Below are positions 19,938 to 29,620 of a stretch of 64,000 nt of DNA, piece after piece. Source of the DNA: Fimbriimonadia bacterium (GTDB taxonomy: Bacteria; Armatimonadota; Fimbriimonadia; Fimbriimonadales; JABRVX01); the NCBI GenBank assembly GCA_041483895.1, contig JBGPGO010000007.1, forward strand, positions 14,304 through 78,303. Reading direction: 5' to 3'. The first letter of the stretch is position 1; each line of letters opens with the position of its first letter. The translations under genes and the position numbers were made by a program. A model generated the notes under the pieces. The model was not told where the DNA came from, did no database searches, and saw only the letters and a program-made list of their open reading frames with translations.

Positions 19938-19958
19938 TTGACACCTTTTTTGACACGC
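19938..19958 (+). promoter_or_regulatory. candidate integrase arm-type binding module (TTGACAC direct repeats)
   Basis: TTGACAC-CTTTT-TTGACACGC lies 58 nt downstream of the tRNA. The same module recurs twice around the inverted tRNA copy at 47.2 kb. Tandem GTTTTCCGA x2 follows at 19972-19989. Confidence 0.45.
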
Positions 19959-20147
19959 TTTGGGCGCGGGGGTTTTCCGAGTTTTCCGAGGCTTCTTAAC
20001 GTGCGCGCGAGGCGGAATCGGTTGGTTTGGACCGGAGTGTTCGTTCCTTACATGACTCGCCTCGATCTTCCAGACAGTCGTCGCCGGTCAGGACGCAATC
20101 TAGGAACTTTTCACGCAATCATGTCTGCCTAGGAGGTGGCGCAAATC

Positions 20148-21335
20148 ATGGCGAAGAGACGATCCAATGGCGAAGGAACAATTACGCAAAGGAAGTGCGA
20201 CGGCCGATGGGAGGCTCGGCTGTTCCTCGGCTACATAGGCGGCAAACGAAAGTGGAAGTTCCTGCACGCCGCGACAAAGGAAGTGGCGGTGAAGAAGCTG
20301 CGCGAGGCGCAGGTCCAGCACGCTCGCGGCGTCAACGTCGCACCGGAAAGGCAGACGCTAGAGCAGTTCCTCTGGCGCTGGCACGAAGAGGTCGTGAAAC
20401 TCCGAAACCGACCGAAGACAATTCTCTCTTACGAGCAACTGATCCGCGTCCACCTCGTGCCCTCACTCGGACGCTTCACTCTCCAGAAGCTAAGTCCACA
20501 AGATGTTCAGATGTTCCTCAACGAACGGTATCGCTCCGGCCTCTCGCCCCGGACCGTTCAGTATCTGCGTGGCGTGCTCCGTTGCGCCCTGAACGATGCT
20601 CTTCGTTGGGACCTCGTGCATCGAAACGTGGCAACACTTGCCCAACCGCCAAAGGGCCAACGCAAAGAGATGACGGCGCTTGGACCCGAGGAGGTGAAGC
20701 GCTTCCTCATTGCCGCCGAGGGCCACCGGCTGGAGGGCTTCTTCGCGCTCCTCATGGCGACCGGCATACGACTCGGCGAAGCGCTGGGCCTCAAGTGGGA
20801 GGACGTCGATTTCGACAAGGCGACGTTGACGGTGAGAAAGCAACTCCAGCGCCTGAAGGGTTCCGTATCGCTTATCGATCCAAAGACGGACCGCGCCCTG
20901 CGCACCATCCCGATCGCGCCGTTCGCGATCGAAGCTCTTCGCGGGCATCGCTCTCGCCAACTCGAAGAGCGATTGAGGAATGCGGGCAAGTGGGAAGATC
21001 AAGGGTTCGTCTTCTGCACTCAGGTCGGCACTCCGGCGGATGAGCGGAAGATACGAAACGGCTTGCGGGAGATTCTCAATTCGGCGGGCCTTCCCAAGAT
21101 GCGCGTCCACGACCTTCGCCACACCTGCGCGACCCTGCTCCTCTCGCGCAACGTCAACCCTCGCGTCGTGCAAGAGGTCCTTGGCCACTCGAACATTAGC
21201 CTGACGCTCGGCACGTATAGCCACGTACTGCCGACGCTCGCCAGGGAAGCGGCGGACCAGATGCAGGCGGCCGTTGCAGGCTCGCCGCGCCCCACGGCCT
21301 TGCGACCATCCGGCTCATTTCTAGCCCGGCCATAG
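20148..21335 (+). CDS. tyrosine-type site-specific integrase (phage-integrase family)
   Basis: AGGAGG at 20131-20136 then ATG 20148 (the ORF track starts at GTG 20136). Catalytic blocks are TGIRLGEALGLKWEDVDF (Arg), HDLRHTCATLL (HxxR) and LGHSNISLTLGTYSHV (His...Tyr). It lies directly downstream of the tRNA. Confidence 0.9.
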   Translation: MAKRRSNGEGTITQRKCDGRWEARLFLGYIGGKRKWKFLHAATKEVAVKKLREAQVQHARGVNVAPERQTLEQFLWRWHEEVVKLRNRPKTILSYEQLIRVHLVPSLGRFTLQKLSPQDVQMFLNERYRSGLSPRTVQYLRGVLRCALNDALRWDLVHRNVATLAQPPKGQRKEMTALGPEEVKRFLIAAEGHRLEGFFALLMATGIRLGEALGLKWEDVDFDKATLTVRKQLQRLKGSVSLIDPKTDRALRTIPIAPFAIEALRGHRSRQLEERLRNAGKWEDQGFVFCTQVGTPADERKIRNGLREILNSAGLPKMRVHDLRHTCATLLLSRNVNPRVVQEVLGHSNISLTLGTYSHVLPTLAREAADQMQAAVAGSPRPTALRPSGSFLARP

Positions 21336-21605
21336 AACAATCAAGTGATAATTGCGGACGCATGCCCATGGAGTCGCACAATCTCTGCCGAATTACTTTC
21401 AAGACGCTCGCTCCTAATGGCTGGACGGGTAATAGTGCTTCAGGTTCAAGTTTTGTAGAATCGTCTGCCAAAATCCGCCAAACGGCGCCACCTGCCCCCA
21501 TGTCCGAGTCAGCGGGTAACTCGGTAGGTTTTGAGTACCAATAGCGCCGGTTTGAGCGCGAGTGACACGCAAGTTGACACTCATCGTAGACCGTGCGAAT
21601 CCAAA

Positions 21606-22016
21606 TCACATGTTGCCGTCGGTCATGGAGAACATCTGTCCTCCGGCGTTGTAGCTGTAGGCGCGAGTGTTGCCAATCTGGTCCTTCTCCGTGGCCTTCC
21701 TGTTCATGGAATCGTAGGTGAACGTCATATAGTGGCCGCGCGGATCCCGCACCGTGGTCAAATTGCCCACGTCGTCGTAATAGAGGGTCGTGATCTGGCT
21801 GGCCGCGTCCACCGTGTAGCTGACGCGGTTGAAATTGACATCGTACACCCGCTCCGTCACGTTCCCCATGGCATCGCGAGTGTACCGGAGATTGCTGGAG
21901 TTGTCGTAGGCAAACGTCGTGTTCTTGCCGAGCTGATCGGTGAGCGTGGTCAGCCGCCCCATACTGTCGTATTGCCGGCCGACTGTGTTGCCCAGCGGGT
22001 CTGTCGTGGTCAGCAA
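21606..22016 (-). pseudogene. RHS/YD-repeat fragment (no shell N-terminus, no core, no toxin)
   Basis: 136 aa consisting only of YD repeats (DPLGNTVGRQYDSMGRLTTLTD, FAYDNSSNL, TFTYDSMNR...), bounded by non-homologous sequence on both sides. Confidence 0.7.
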
Positions 22017-22070
22017 ACGCTACTCTTCATCACGAGGAAATGGGCCGAGGTGATAAACTGTCAATTAGCT

Positions 22071-22520
22071 TCATCTTTCCCTTTTGAGGAATAAGATACT
22101 CCACAGACAATAGCCGAAAAGTACAAAGGCAGGTATCCCAAGGAGAGCCACTACAGATGTGTCTCTCGAGGGGGTCTCCGAGAATGCAGTCAATTGCATC
22201 GCGTACAAAATCTCAATTATGGCTACTGGGAAGCACAGGACAAAAGCAGTAATGGGTCCCCAAGCCCGCTCTCGTTGAATTCCGATTCCTGCTATCATGA
22301 GGCCGACGCCCCAGCTCGATAATAATAGTCCGTTTGCGAGGCCGAATCCGGAAGAAAGCCCAAAGATGGGATTAACACCTGTTGCGAGTGCAGTCCAAAT
22401 CATCAGAATGTTCCAACTGACACCGATCAGCATGGCTAATAGTCCAAAGATAGTCGAGTGCCTAGAGAAATCGATTTGCTTTGACAACGGCTCCCCTTTA
22501 GGTCGTGAAGACGACCCCAC
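22071..22520 (-). CDS. 4-TM membrane protein, candidate immunity protein for the upstream Rhs toxin
   Basis: 149 aa with four hydrophobic helices, visibly more AT-rich than its surroundings. It overlaps the toxin ORF 3' end by 23 nt. The immunity role is positional inference only. Confidence 0.5.
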   Translation of the reverse strand: MGSSSRPKGEPLSKQIDFSRHSTIFGLLAMLIGVSWNILMIWTALATGVNPIFGLSSGFGLANGLLLSSWGVGLMIAGIGIQRERAWGPITAFVLCFPVAIIEILYAMQLTAFSETPSRDTSVVALLGIPAFVLFGYCLWSILFLKRER

Positions 22521-23574
22521 CGAGACATTGATTCTTGAGATCTAGGTCATTGCACATATATGCTGCGGTGCAAATTGCTGCCCGCACACACCGTGCCGGA
22601 TCTGGAGTTGAAAGCAAGGAGCATCCCTCATCGATGCAGCTCTTTGCGGCGGCGCACAGTTGCTCATCACACTGAAAAATCCCAAAACTCGAGAACAGCC
22701 CCAAAAATCCACCGACGTCACTATAGCATTGATCGTGGGCCCAGCAGGCCGCATCAATGCAATCTATCGGCTCGCCATATCCTGGATTATTGCCGCCACA
22801 ATAGCGACCATAACGGAAGAAAACATCGCCGGGCCTCCAGAAAACTGGCCCCCAACCCCCTGGTGGTTCCGGTGAACCGGGCCCCCATGGATTGGTCCTC
22901 GGACGCGGTCGTCGTGGTGGTGGCGTGCCGCCACCGAAGATGGGAGGCAACGAAACCCAGATTGGGCTCGGTGCAACAGGGAATCCTGGCGCAAAAGGCG
23001 GTACAAACGGTCCAGATGGTTTGGGCGCCCAAGGTTTGCAGCGAGCGTAATAATTGGAGGCCCATGCATCGCATGCAATATCGCACAGCATTCTGGCGAT
23101 GCCCTCGAGGGAGTTGCACCCCCAACAGAACGTCCAGAGCGCATCGTTCTCGCTCTTGCATGTGACTCCCATTGCGAACCATAACCCACTCGGATCAATG
23201 CCAAATGTCGGTCTGTTATCGACGTACGCGTACAGGTTTTGGCCTCCGGAGTATCCGATCGGATCGGCGGTCTGGAATCTGGCGCGATCAGTAGAGTAGT
23301 AACGCCGGCGAAGGAACTTTAGGCCGGAAGTCGTGCCATCGTCGTAGTAACCATAGCGGCCGATGAACTTGAACGGCGTGTCGTATTGGGCAGGAAGGGT
23401 GTTCGATAGGATATTGCCCCAGGCATCGTACTTGACTTCGCCCCTCGCATTCCCGTCCGTGTCGTAGAGGCCGGTTGTGGAGCCGTCAGCATCGAAGGTG
23501 TAGTAGCTCGCGACGCCGTCCCGTTCTTCCATCAGAAGCTGTCCGTTTGCGTAAATATATTTAACTCCCGCCAT
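22498..23574 (-). CDS. orphan Rhs C-terminal tip: RHS core plus Cys-rich toxin domain with phospholipase-A2-like motif
   Basis: GGAGGAG SD and ATG at 23574. RHS core YIYANGQLL...RRYYSTDRARFQTADPIGYSGGQNLYAYVDNRPTFGIDPSGL, then a Pro-rich linker and YGRYCGGNNPGYGEPIDCIDAACWAHDQCY. The upstream part of the track ORF overlaps the neighbouring gene and is not counted. Confidence 0.8.
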   Translation of the reverse strand: MAGVKYIYANGQLLMEERDGVASYYTFDADGSTTGLYDTDGNARGEVKYDAWGNILSNTLPAQYDTPFKFIGRYGYYDDGTTSGLKFLRRRYYSTDRARFQTADPIGYSGGQNLYAYVDNRPTFGIDPSGLWFAMGVTCKSENDALWTFCWGCNSLEGIARMLCDIACDAWASNYYARCKPWAPKPSGPFVPPFAPGFPVAPSPIWVSLPPIFGGGTPPPRRPRPRTNPWGPGSPEPPGGWGPVFWRPGDVFFRYGRYCGGNNPGYGEPIDCIDAACWAHDQCYSDVGGFLGLFSSFGIFQCDEQLCAAAKSCIDEGCSLLSTPDPARCVRAAICTAAYMCNDLDLKNQCLGGVVFTT

Positions 23575-23731
23575 TATGCCTTCTCCTCCAGCAGGTCTTC
23601 CCCGTCCCAGATCATGGTTCGGATTGTTGTCCCCGGTTCCTGCTTCGTCCTTCGCTTTCCATCCCCGGCGTAAGTATGGCTGCTCCGGGTCCCGCCGACA
23701 TACAGGATCGACACTTGCCGGTCTGCATGCC

Positions 23732-25903
23732 TTACTCGATCCGAATCTCGAATAACCGCATTTCCCCTGCGGCGAGGCGCCCCGTTTGTCCTTGCCACTG
23801 GCCGCTCGTAATGACTGCGCCGCGCGACCTGCCGTCTCCGCCAAACTCCGTCACCCGATACCGCCCGGAAGGCGACTTGAGCCAAGCCGACAGGTTGCAG
23901 GAGAACTTGACAGACCTCGCGGGGCCGTCGTTGACCACGACCATCAGAGCCCGGTCGGGGAGCACGTAAGACGTCAAATGCGCCGGGGACGGCTCCGAGA
24001 GCAGGCACTCGCCGATTAGCACGCCGTCCGTGAAGTACTTCAAGAACCGCTTGCGCAGCGCCGCGCATTGCTTCAATGCCTTGCTGAACGCGGGATGGTT
24101 CACAATCGAATCCGACCCGTTTGTGGACTCGGGCTTGCGCGGCATGACGCACAAATACAGGTTGTCGGCGAACGCCCGCTTGACTGCGAGCGGCGAGGAG
24201 TCGATGCAGTAGTTCAGCCTCGGCGAGGGGAACACGCTCGTCAGCGGGCAGAAGTCCTTGCCCTTGTACGGTCCCCAGTTCCACGTGTAGTCAAGGATGT
24301 TGGAGTCAAGTTCCCAGTTCCGCAGTTCCTCGCCTGAGAAGGTGGATTCCGGGTCGCGCCGCTTGGCATAGGCGCGGATCAGCGACGTCACGGAGTTCAT
24401 GTTGGGCGGCGGGACGTTCGTGGTCAGGTACTGGTCGAAGCAGACCGAGGCCACGCCCAGGTCGATCAGGTGCATGCAACCCTCCAGGATGTCTTCTGCC
24501 CATTTGACGCCCGCAGGCCCTGCCTGCACGCTGGCGAACTGGCTGGCATAACCCGACATCGTTCGCGGGACCAGTTCCGAATGGTAGGTCCAGGCGCCGT
24601 CGCTCGTCACTCGCAACCCGTAGCGGGGCGCTGCCTCCGCGCCTATCAGCAGCACGCCGATGAACGGAACAGCGTTTACGCCGAACTTTTTGCAGGCGGC
24701 CACGGCATCGGCCATGTCCTTCTCGGCGCCGATGTTCGGATACGGCTTGGGCATGGGCCGCTGAAGGTCGTCGCGAAACGACCAGAACATCAGCTCGTCC
24801 AGGCCGTGCTCCTTCGACTCCTTGGCCAGCGCGGGCAGGTCTTTGAACCTGTAGACCGGGTCCTTGGGGTCGGCGGCCTGATACTGCGACATCCAGACTG
24901 TACGGAAGCCGAGCCCTTCGCGAACGTGCTTCGGCACAGGCCAATCGCGCTTGAAATGGGTCTTCGCAAAGGCTCGATACGGCTCGATGCCCTTGGCCCA
25001 GCCGCCAGTGTGCGGGGTCAGCCAGAACTCGCCGCTTTCCCATTTCTCGCCAACGTTGATCGTGGCCGCGTGCAGGACCATCAGGCGGAGCTTCTGCTCG
25101 ACCTCCGAATGCTGGAGCATCACGGGCAACTCGGGGTCCCAGCCCCACCTTCTGGGGAACAGGCTGAAGCCGCCCTTCAGTCCGCCAAAGTCCATCCACC
25201 GGACGATCATGTCGCTAAGGTGCAGCCCGCCGGAAGTGTATTGCACCGAGTACGACGACGAGGGCTGTACGTAGTGCCAGACGCGCGATTCCTCCGTGGG
25301 CGCAAGCTGCACGAACGGCTGCATGCCGAACGCGCAGGTGCGAAAGGTCGTATTGGCCCGCCCTGCGAACGGCAGGAGCCCACTGAAGTCCGGGAAGATC
25401 ACCTGCCGGACCGGGGTCTTTGACCGGTTCTCGACCGTGCATGCCATGATCACCGAGCGCCCGTCCCTGGCTGCCTTCAGCGTGACGGTCGCCGAGACGT
25501 CGCCCTCGACCTTGGCCCAGTCGCGGCTCATGCCGAGCTGGTCCCAGTGGACGGTTACGGCGTCCTTGCTGACGTATATCTTCGCGCCGTGCGAGAAGCG
25601 CGATGCGCGGCGTAACGGTTCGAACTCGTGAATTGGAGTGGCGAGGTCGAGGATCGTGGCCCGTCCGGGCTTGGATCTCAGCATGTCGATCCCAGCGTAC
25701 CGAAGATGCAGGATGCTGCCGGTGTCGGCGTCGAGTGTGATAGCCAGACCGTTGAGGTTTGCGGTGACTGCGCCGGCGTTGCCCTTCCCGATCGCCCCGC
25801 TTGGGGAGGGCCAGGCCGCGGCCAGGGTGAGGAGGCAGAAAAGAGCGCGATTGACGGTGAGGCTCGGGCCGTGGAACATTGCGACCATTATTGCACGGCC
25901 CAC
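23732..25903 (-). CDS. secreted glycoside-hydrolase-like protein (DUF6259-like TIM-barrel region)
   Basis: 723 aa with a signal peptide. The central region is paralogous to part of 59765-63181. Family assignment is weak. Confidence 0.6.
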   Translation of the reverse strand: MGRAIMVAMFHGPSLTVNRALFCLLTLAAAWPSPSGAIGKGNAGAVTANLNGLAITLDADTGSILHLRYAGIDMLRSKPGRATILDLATPIHEFEPLRRASRFSHGAKIYVSKDAVTVHWDQLGMSRDWAKVEGDVSATVTLKAARDGRSVIMACTVENRSKTPVRQVIFPDFSGLLPFAGRANTTFRTCAFGMQPFVQLAPTEESRVWHYVQPSSSYSVQYTSGGLHLSDMIVRWMDFGGLKGGFSLFPRRWGWDPELPVMLQHSEVEQKLRLMVLHAATINVGEKWESGEFWLTPHTGGWAKGIEPYRAFAKTHFKRDWPVPKHVREGLGFRTVWMSQYQAADPKDPVYRFKDLPALAKESKEHGLDELMFWSFRDDLQRPMPKPYPNIGAEKDMADAVAACKKFGVNAVPFIGVLLIGAEAAPRYGLRVTSDGAWTYHSELVPRTMSGYASQFASVQAGPAGVKWAEDILEGCMHLIDLGVASVCFDQYLTTNVPPPNMNSVTSLIRAYAKRRDPESTFSGEELRNWELDSNILDYTWNWGPYKGKDFCPLTSVFPSPRLNYCIDSSPLAVKRAFADNLYLCVMPRKPESTNGSDSIVNHPAFSKALKQCAALRKRFLKYFTDGVLIGECLLSEPSPAHLTSYVLPDRALMVVVNDGPARSVKFSCNLSAWLKSPSGRYRVTEFGGDGRSRGAVITSGQWQGQTGRLAAGEMRLFEIRIE

Positions 25904-26327
25904 CCTCAGCGCGGAGGCAACCGGCGCATTGGAGCCGCCGCGTATCCCGCCTCACCGTGTCCGGTGCGTAGGCCATGGCCTCCACGGCCGCCACTCCGCC
26001 CGGCCAGGCCGCCTTTGCCCGCAACCCGAAACTGGGCGATCAAGCCGTTCACAAGATCGATGCGTTTCAAACGATTGGTAGGGCGAAGATGGAATTGGTG
26101 GTGCGACGTGGAAAGGCGTGCGTGTCGGCAGACGCCAAAATGGCTTCGGCACCATCCAGCGCCTCTACCCACTTTGGCAAGCACGCCATAAGATTGAGGG
26201 CCGGCGCGCCGAGCAGCCAGATCCCCATGCCGGTCCATCCCACAACAAGCACAGAGACGGTGGTTTCAGATTCTTAGGCTGAAAAGAAGGCAGTGCCAAC
26301 CACACCGGCTCGGGCGACCGCTGACTC

Positions 26328-29300
26328 CTAAGGCTGTCTCTCAACTGCCTCTCGGATGGCGGGGACGAAATGCGCCCTGCAGGTGACCTCGACATCAGCT
26401 GCAATGACCGCGGTAACCCGGAGTTGCACCTTGCGGGGGCGCTCATCGGGACCAAGGACGAGGCGCCAGCCTTGCCACGGACTCGGAAAAGTCCATTGCC
26501 CGAGAATAGGAGCCAACCGGACCTCCGCGCCATCGACCGTGCCGGCGGCGGCAAAGAGATTGCCTACGTTTCCAACAGGGACAACCATCTCGTTCCGGTG
26601 CATTTCGACGGTCACGGCAACGATCCCACCGGCCTTTGTGGCCGGGACGGTGCACTCGACCAAAAGGGCACGCTTTGGCCGCTGCACTTTATCTTGATCA
26701 ACCGGCGGCGAAGGAGCCTTCTCAGGGGCAATGGGCTCAACGCGAACCGGCAAGTCGACGCTGGGCTCTGCAAACCGCTGGGACTGTTCATTTCTCGTGA
26801 ACTCGCGTCCTAGCGAAGGCTTGCCGCCCGCTGGAACGAGTTCCAACAAAACGACCTCGAATGGGCTCAGCGCGATCTTTGGCGACTGGGTCGTCGAACC
26901 CAGAAAAGCTTGTGTCGGGTACCACTGATATACTCCCGAAACGCCTTTGACAGCCGGCAACGGAAGCTCGACATTCTGCCATGTGCAGTTGTTCAGAGCC
27001 ACGAAGGCGCGCGCTCCGTCGCTGCACAGATACCCGTAGGGCTCGTGCTTCCACGGATCGCCAAGAACCCGAACGGGATTGGCGAAGCACTTCGGGTTGG
27101 CCCGCATCAGTGCGGCAAAATCCGCGAACTGTTTGCGTTCGGGCTGGGTCATCCAGTCGCGGTCCGACCAGGGCTGAAGCAAGAGGCTGCCCCGGCACAT
27201 GTCCATGACCGTGCCCTCCTGCCAGCGCTCCTTGCCAATCGAGCTGTTAAAGCCCCAATTGGAGAGCCACACTCCAAGGGAGTCCTTTCCAAGCGGCGGG
27301 ACATCCGCACAATAGGCTTGGGCCTGGTCCAGCACGAGCGTGACGCTGTCTCGTGCATAGAGCGACGGGCTGTCGCTGGGGCTGGCGGCCTCTATCCAGA
27401 ACCCTGGCTCGAATAGCGTGTCGGCATGGAGCAGCCACCAGGGCGAGCGGTGTCCCCAATAGAGCATCAGCAGAGCTTCGGGGCACGCTTGGTCCAGTAT
27501 GTCCAAGGTCTTGATGATGCTGTCGTTGATGGCCTCTGTGGAGTAGACGCCAGCCAGGTGACCGTGGTGTGGGTTGTAGCAGATCGGGCAGTTCCCGTCG
27601 AACTTGAGGACGCGGGCGCCGCTTTTCAAGTGACTTAGCGCCGCAGAACGAAGCATCTCTTCGTAGAGTCCTTCCGCCTCACAAAAGATCACCCGGTCGC
27701 CGAGGCCGTAGGATCGATCCGAGTTCAAGCTATCCGATGCAACAGGGTTGCCGGTGATGGACCACCAGTAGTTGGCGGTGTCCCACCACACGCCGTAGGG
27801 AATGCGATTCAGGGCCCTCTTTATCGGGGCAAAGCCGTTCGGAAAGCGCTTGGGGTCCGGGCGCTCCAGGTCGCCGTTTCGATCGATCCAGAGCTCGATC
27901 ATGAACGCGTCGAAGCAGCACCCGGTCTCCTTCTCCGATTCCTGCATCTTCGCGACAAGGTAGAGGTTATCGGCTTCCGTTCCGCCCCAGTAGTCGCCGC
28001 TGGGCCAGCTTCCGAACGTCTCGAAAATGGCGTAGGGCCTGTCATGCCCACGCACGACGCGGCGCATTCGAGACTTGACGTGGGCGAGGAACGCCTGTCT
28101 TGCCTTTCCCGCCGGCGCGACCCCTAAGACAGTCTCCATGCAGTCGAGCCTTTGGCCGGGGGATAGCGCTCTGCCCGGGTATTGGCGCAGGCGAACCGTT
28201 CCGTTCTCCCCCATCGCCCACCCCGAAGGGTGTGCCAGCGACGCGAAGAACTGGCCGTCCAAATACACCGGGAAGCCCTGATCGCCGTCCGAGACCTCGG
28301 CCGAAGTCACGTAGCGAGCGAGCCGAACGTTGAGTACGCGTCTTGTCGAGCGCCCCTTGTTCACGATGCTCACGAACTTGTGCAGGACGGGTTCCGCTAT
28401 TTTCCAGCGGTAGATGACGGTGGCCCGCAGCGCCGGCTGCGCGCTTGACAGATGGACACGGCATTCGCCTGCCGCCCCTTGCGAGATTGTCTCGACCTTG
28501 ACGACTTTCATCGAAGGCGTGATCGTGTGCTTCCCGATCAAGACGTATTGCTCGAACTGCGGAGGCCAGCAAAAACTGTTCTCCAGGCTGTGCAGCTTCA
28601 TCGGATCAACCGCGTCGAGTTCCTTGGTGCGGGCCACGTACCCCGAAAGCTGCAGCGCGACGATATTCTCCCGGCCAAAGCGCAGGCACCTGTATCCGGC
28701 GCTCTTGGGGGTCAAGACGAATTGCCCGGGCTCGGGCCACCGCCCCTGCGTCCTCCTCACGGCGATCTCCTGGCCGTTCACGAAGACGCGCATGTAGCGA
28801 TAGTCGAACAGCCCGAACCCGCCGAGAACCAGCGTGACAGCCTTGCCTTCGGCGTCGCGCGGCAGGAAAACGTGAGTCCGCGCCCAGCGGTATTCGTCGA
28901 ACAGTCCAGACTCCTTCTGCGACGGCAGGAGAACGGTCGTTTGGCCGGACCAGCTGGTGTCGTCATGTTCCGGGAGGTATGCCTTGACTCCATAGCCATG
29001 CTCCTCGTCGGGCCCGCAGGGTTTGTAGCCCGTGTCGATGATCCGCCAGCCGGTGATGGGAATGCGCCTATCCGAAGCGTCGAGGTCCAGTTGCAGCTCT
29101 GGGTTGTTTCCCAACGCCAGCTTCTTACCCGTCAGGCGGTTGATCCAGGCTGTTGCGCGAAGACCATGTGCGGTGTCGAGCTCAAAAACGAACGAAGGGG
29201 AGCGCATTTGTAAAGCGTTTCCATTGAGACCAACCTCGCACTTGGGCGATTCCTTCGCAGTGGCACCCGCATTCCTTGTCCTTGGACCGGTGGCCAACCC

Positions 29301-29363
29301 CGGTGTCGCGAGAACCGCAACGAGAGCCAGCACTGATCCGACCTGTCCAAAACGTATCTGCAT
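26328..29363 (-). CDS. large secreted glycoside-hydrolase-like protein (alpha-galactosidase/GH36-like region)
   Basis: Start chosen at ATG 29363 (MQIRFGQVGSVLALVAVLATPGLA signal). The segment CFDAFMIELWIDRNGDLERPDPKRFPNGFAPI resembles melibiase-type TIM barrels. Assignment tentative. Confidence 0.6.
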   Translation of the reverse strand: MQIRFGQVGSVLALVAVLATPGLATGPRTRNAGATAKESPKCEVGLNGNALQMRSPSFVFELDTAHGLRATAWINRLTGKKLALGNNPELQLDLDASDRRIPITGWRIIDTGYKPCGPDEEHGYGVKAYLPEHDDTSWSGQTTVLLPSQKESGLFDEYRWARTHVFLPRDAEGKAVTLVLGGFGLFDYRYMRVFVNGQEIAVRRTQGRWPEPGQFVLTPKSAGYRCLRFGRENIVALQLSGYVARTKELDAVDPMKLHSLENSFCWPPQFEQYVLIGKHTITPSMKVVKVETISQGAAGECRVHLSSAQPALRATVIYRWKIAEPVLHKFVSIVNKGRSTRRVLNVRLARYVTSAEVSDGDQGFPVYLDGQFFASLAHPSGWAMGENGTVRLRQYPGRALSPGQRLDCMETVLGVAPAGKARQAFLAHVKSRMRRVVRGHDRPYAIFETFGSWPSGDYWGGTEADNLYLVAKMQESEKETGCCFDAFMIELWIDRNGDLERPDPKRFPNGFAPIKRALNRIPYGVWWDTANYWWSITGNPVASDSLNSDRSYGLGDRVIFCEAEGLYEEMLRSAALSHLKSGARVLKFDGNCPICYNPHHGHLAGVYSTEAINDSIIKTLDILDQACPEALLMLYWGHRSPWWLLHADTLFEPGFWIEAASPSDSPSLYARDSVTLVLDQAQAYCADVPPLGKDSLGVWLSNWGFNSSIGKERWQEGTVMDMCRGSLLLQPWSDRDWMTQPERKQFADFAALMRANPKCFANPVRVLGDPWKHEPYGYLCSDGARAFVALNNCTWQNVELPLPAVKGVSGVYQWYPTQAFLGSTTQSPKIALSPFEVVLLELVPAGGKPSLGREFTRNEQSQRFAEPSVDLPVRVEPIAPEKAPSPPVDQDKVQRPKRALLVECTVPATKAGGIVAVTVEMHRNEMVVPVGNVGNLFAAAGTVDGAEVRLAPILGQWTFPSPWQGWRLVLGPDERPRKVQLRVTAVIAADVEVTCRAHFVPAIREAVERQP

Positions 29364-29620
29364 ATCAGCCAACGTTACCAGAATCCGGCGGTTGGCATGT
29401 TCGAGGGTGGTCAAGCGCCCCCCTACGATGTCGTTGTTGCAGTTCCTGGCTCGCGAAGGCATTCAATCAATCGGTACCCGGTCGTTACCAGCAGCGTCGC
29501 GCTAGGAGCGATGGACGCATCGGCTCGTCAGATCATGTTCCTCCATTCCACATAAAGTGAACTTGTAGAGGCGGACCGCCACTAAGATTCGACCACAACT
29601 CCCCGCCATCAAGAGGATGC

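Noticed and set aside
20027-21043. Long alternative-frame and antisense ORFs, for example 20027-21043(+), 24306-25199(-), 25215-26024(-), 60890-62365(+), 61239-62429(-), 6248-6982(-), 39332-40033(+) and 15338-16060(-).
   Set aside because: Their translations are Arg/Pro/Gly/Ala-rich with no motifs. Each lies entirely inside a strongly supported CDS in another frame or on the other strand. This is expected for GC-rich DNA.
21509-21545. Degenerate direct-orientation similarity to the tRNA-Asn 3' half (TCAGCGGGT...GTAGGTT..GAGT) about 175 nt after the integrase gene. It could be an eroded attR of a minimal integrase-only element.
   Set aside because: Only 9 + 7 + 4 matching bases with an indel. 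This is plausible but too weak to call without an alignment statistic or comparison with relatives.
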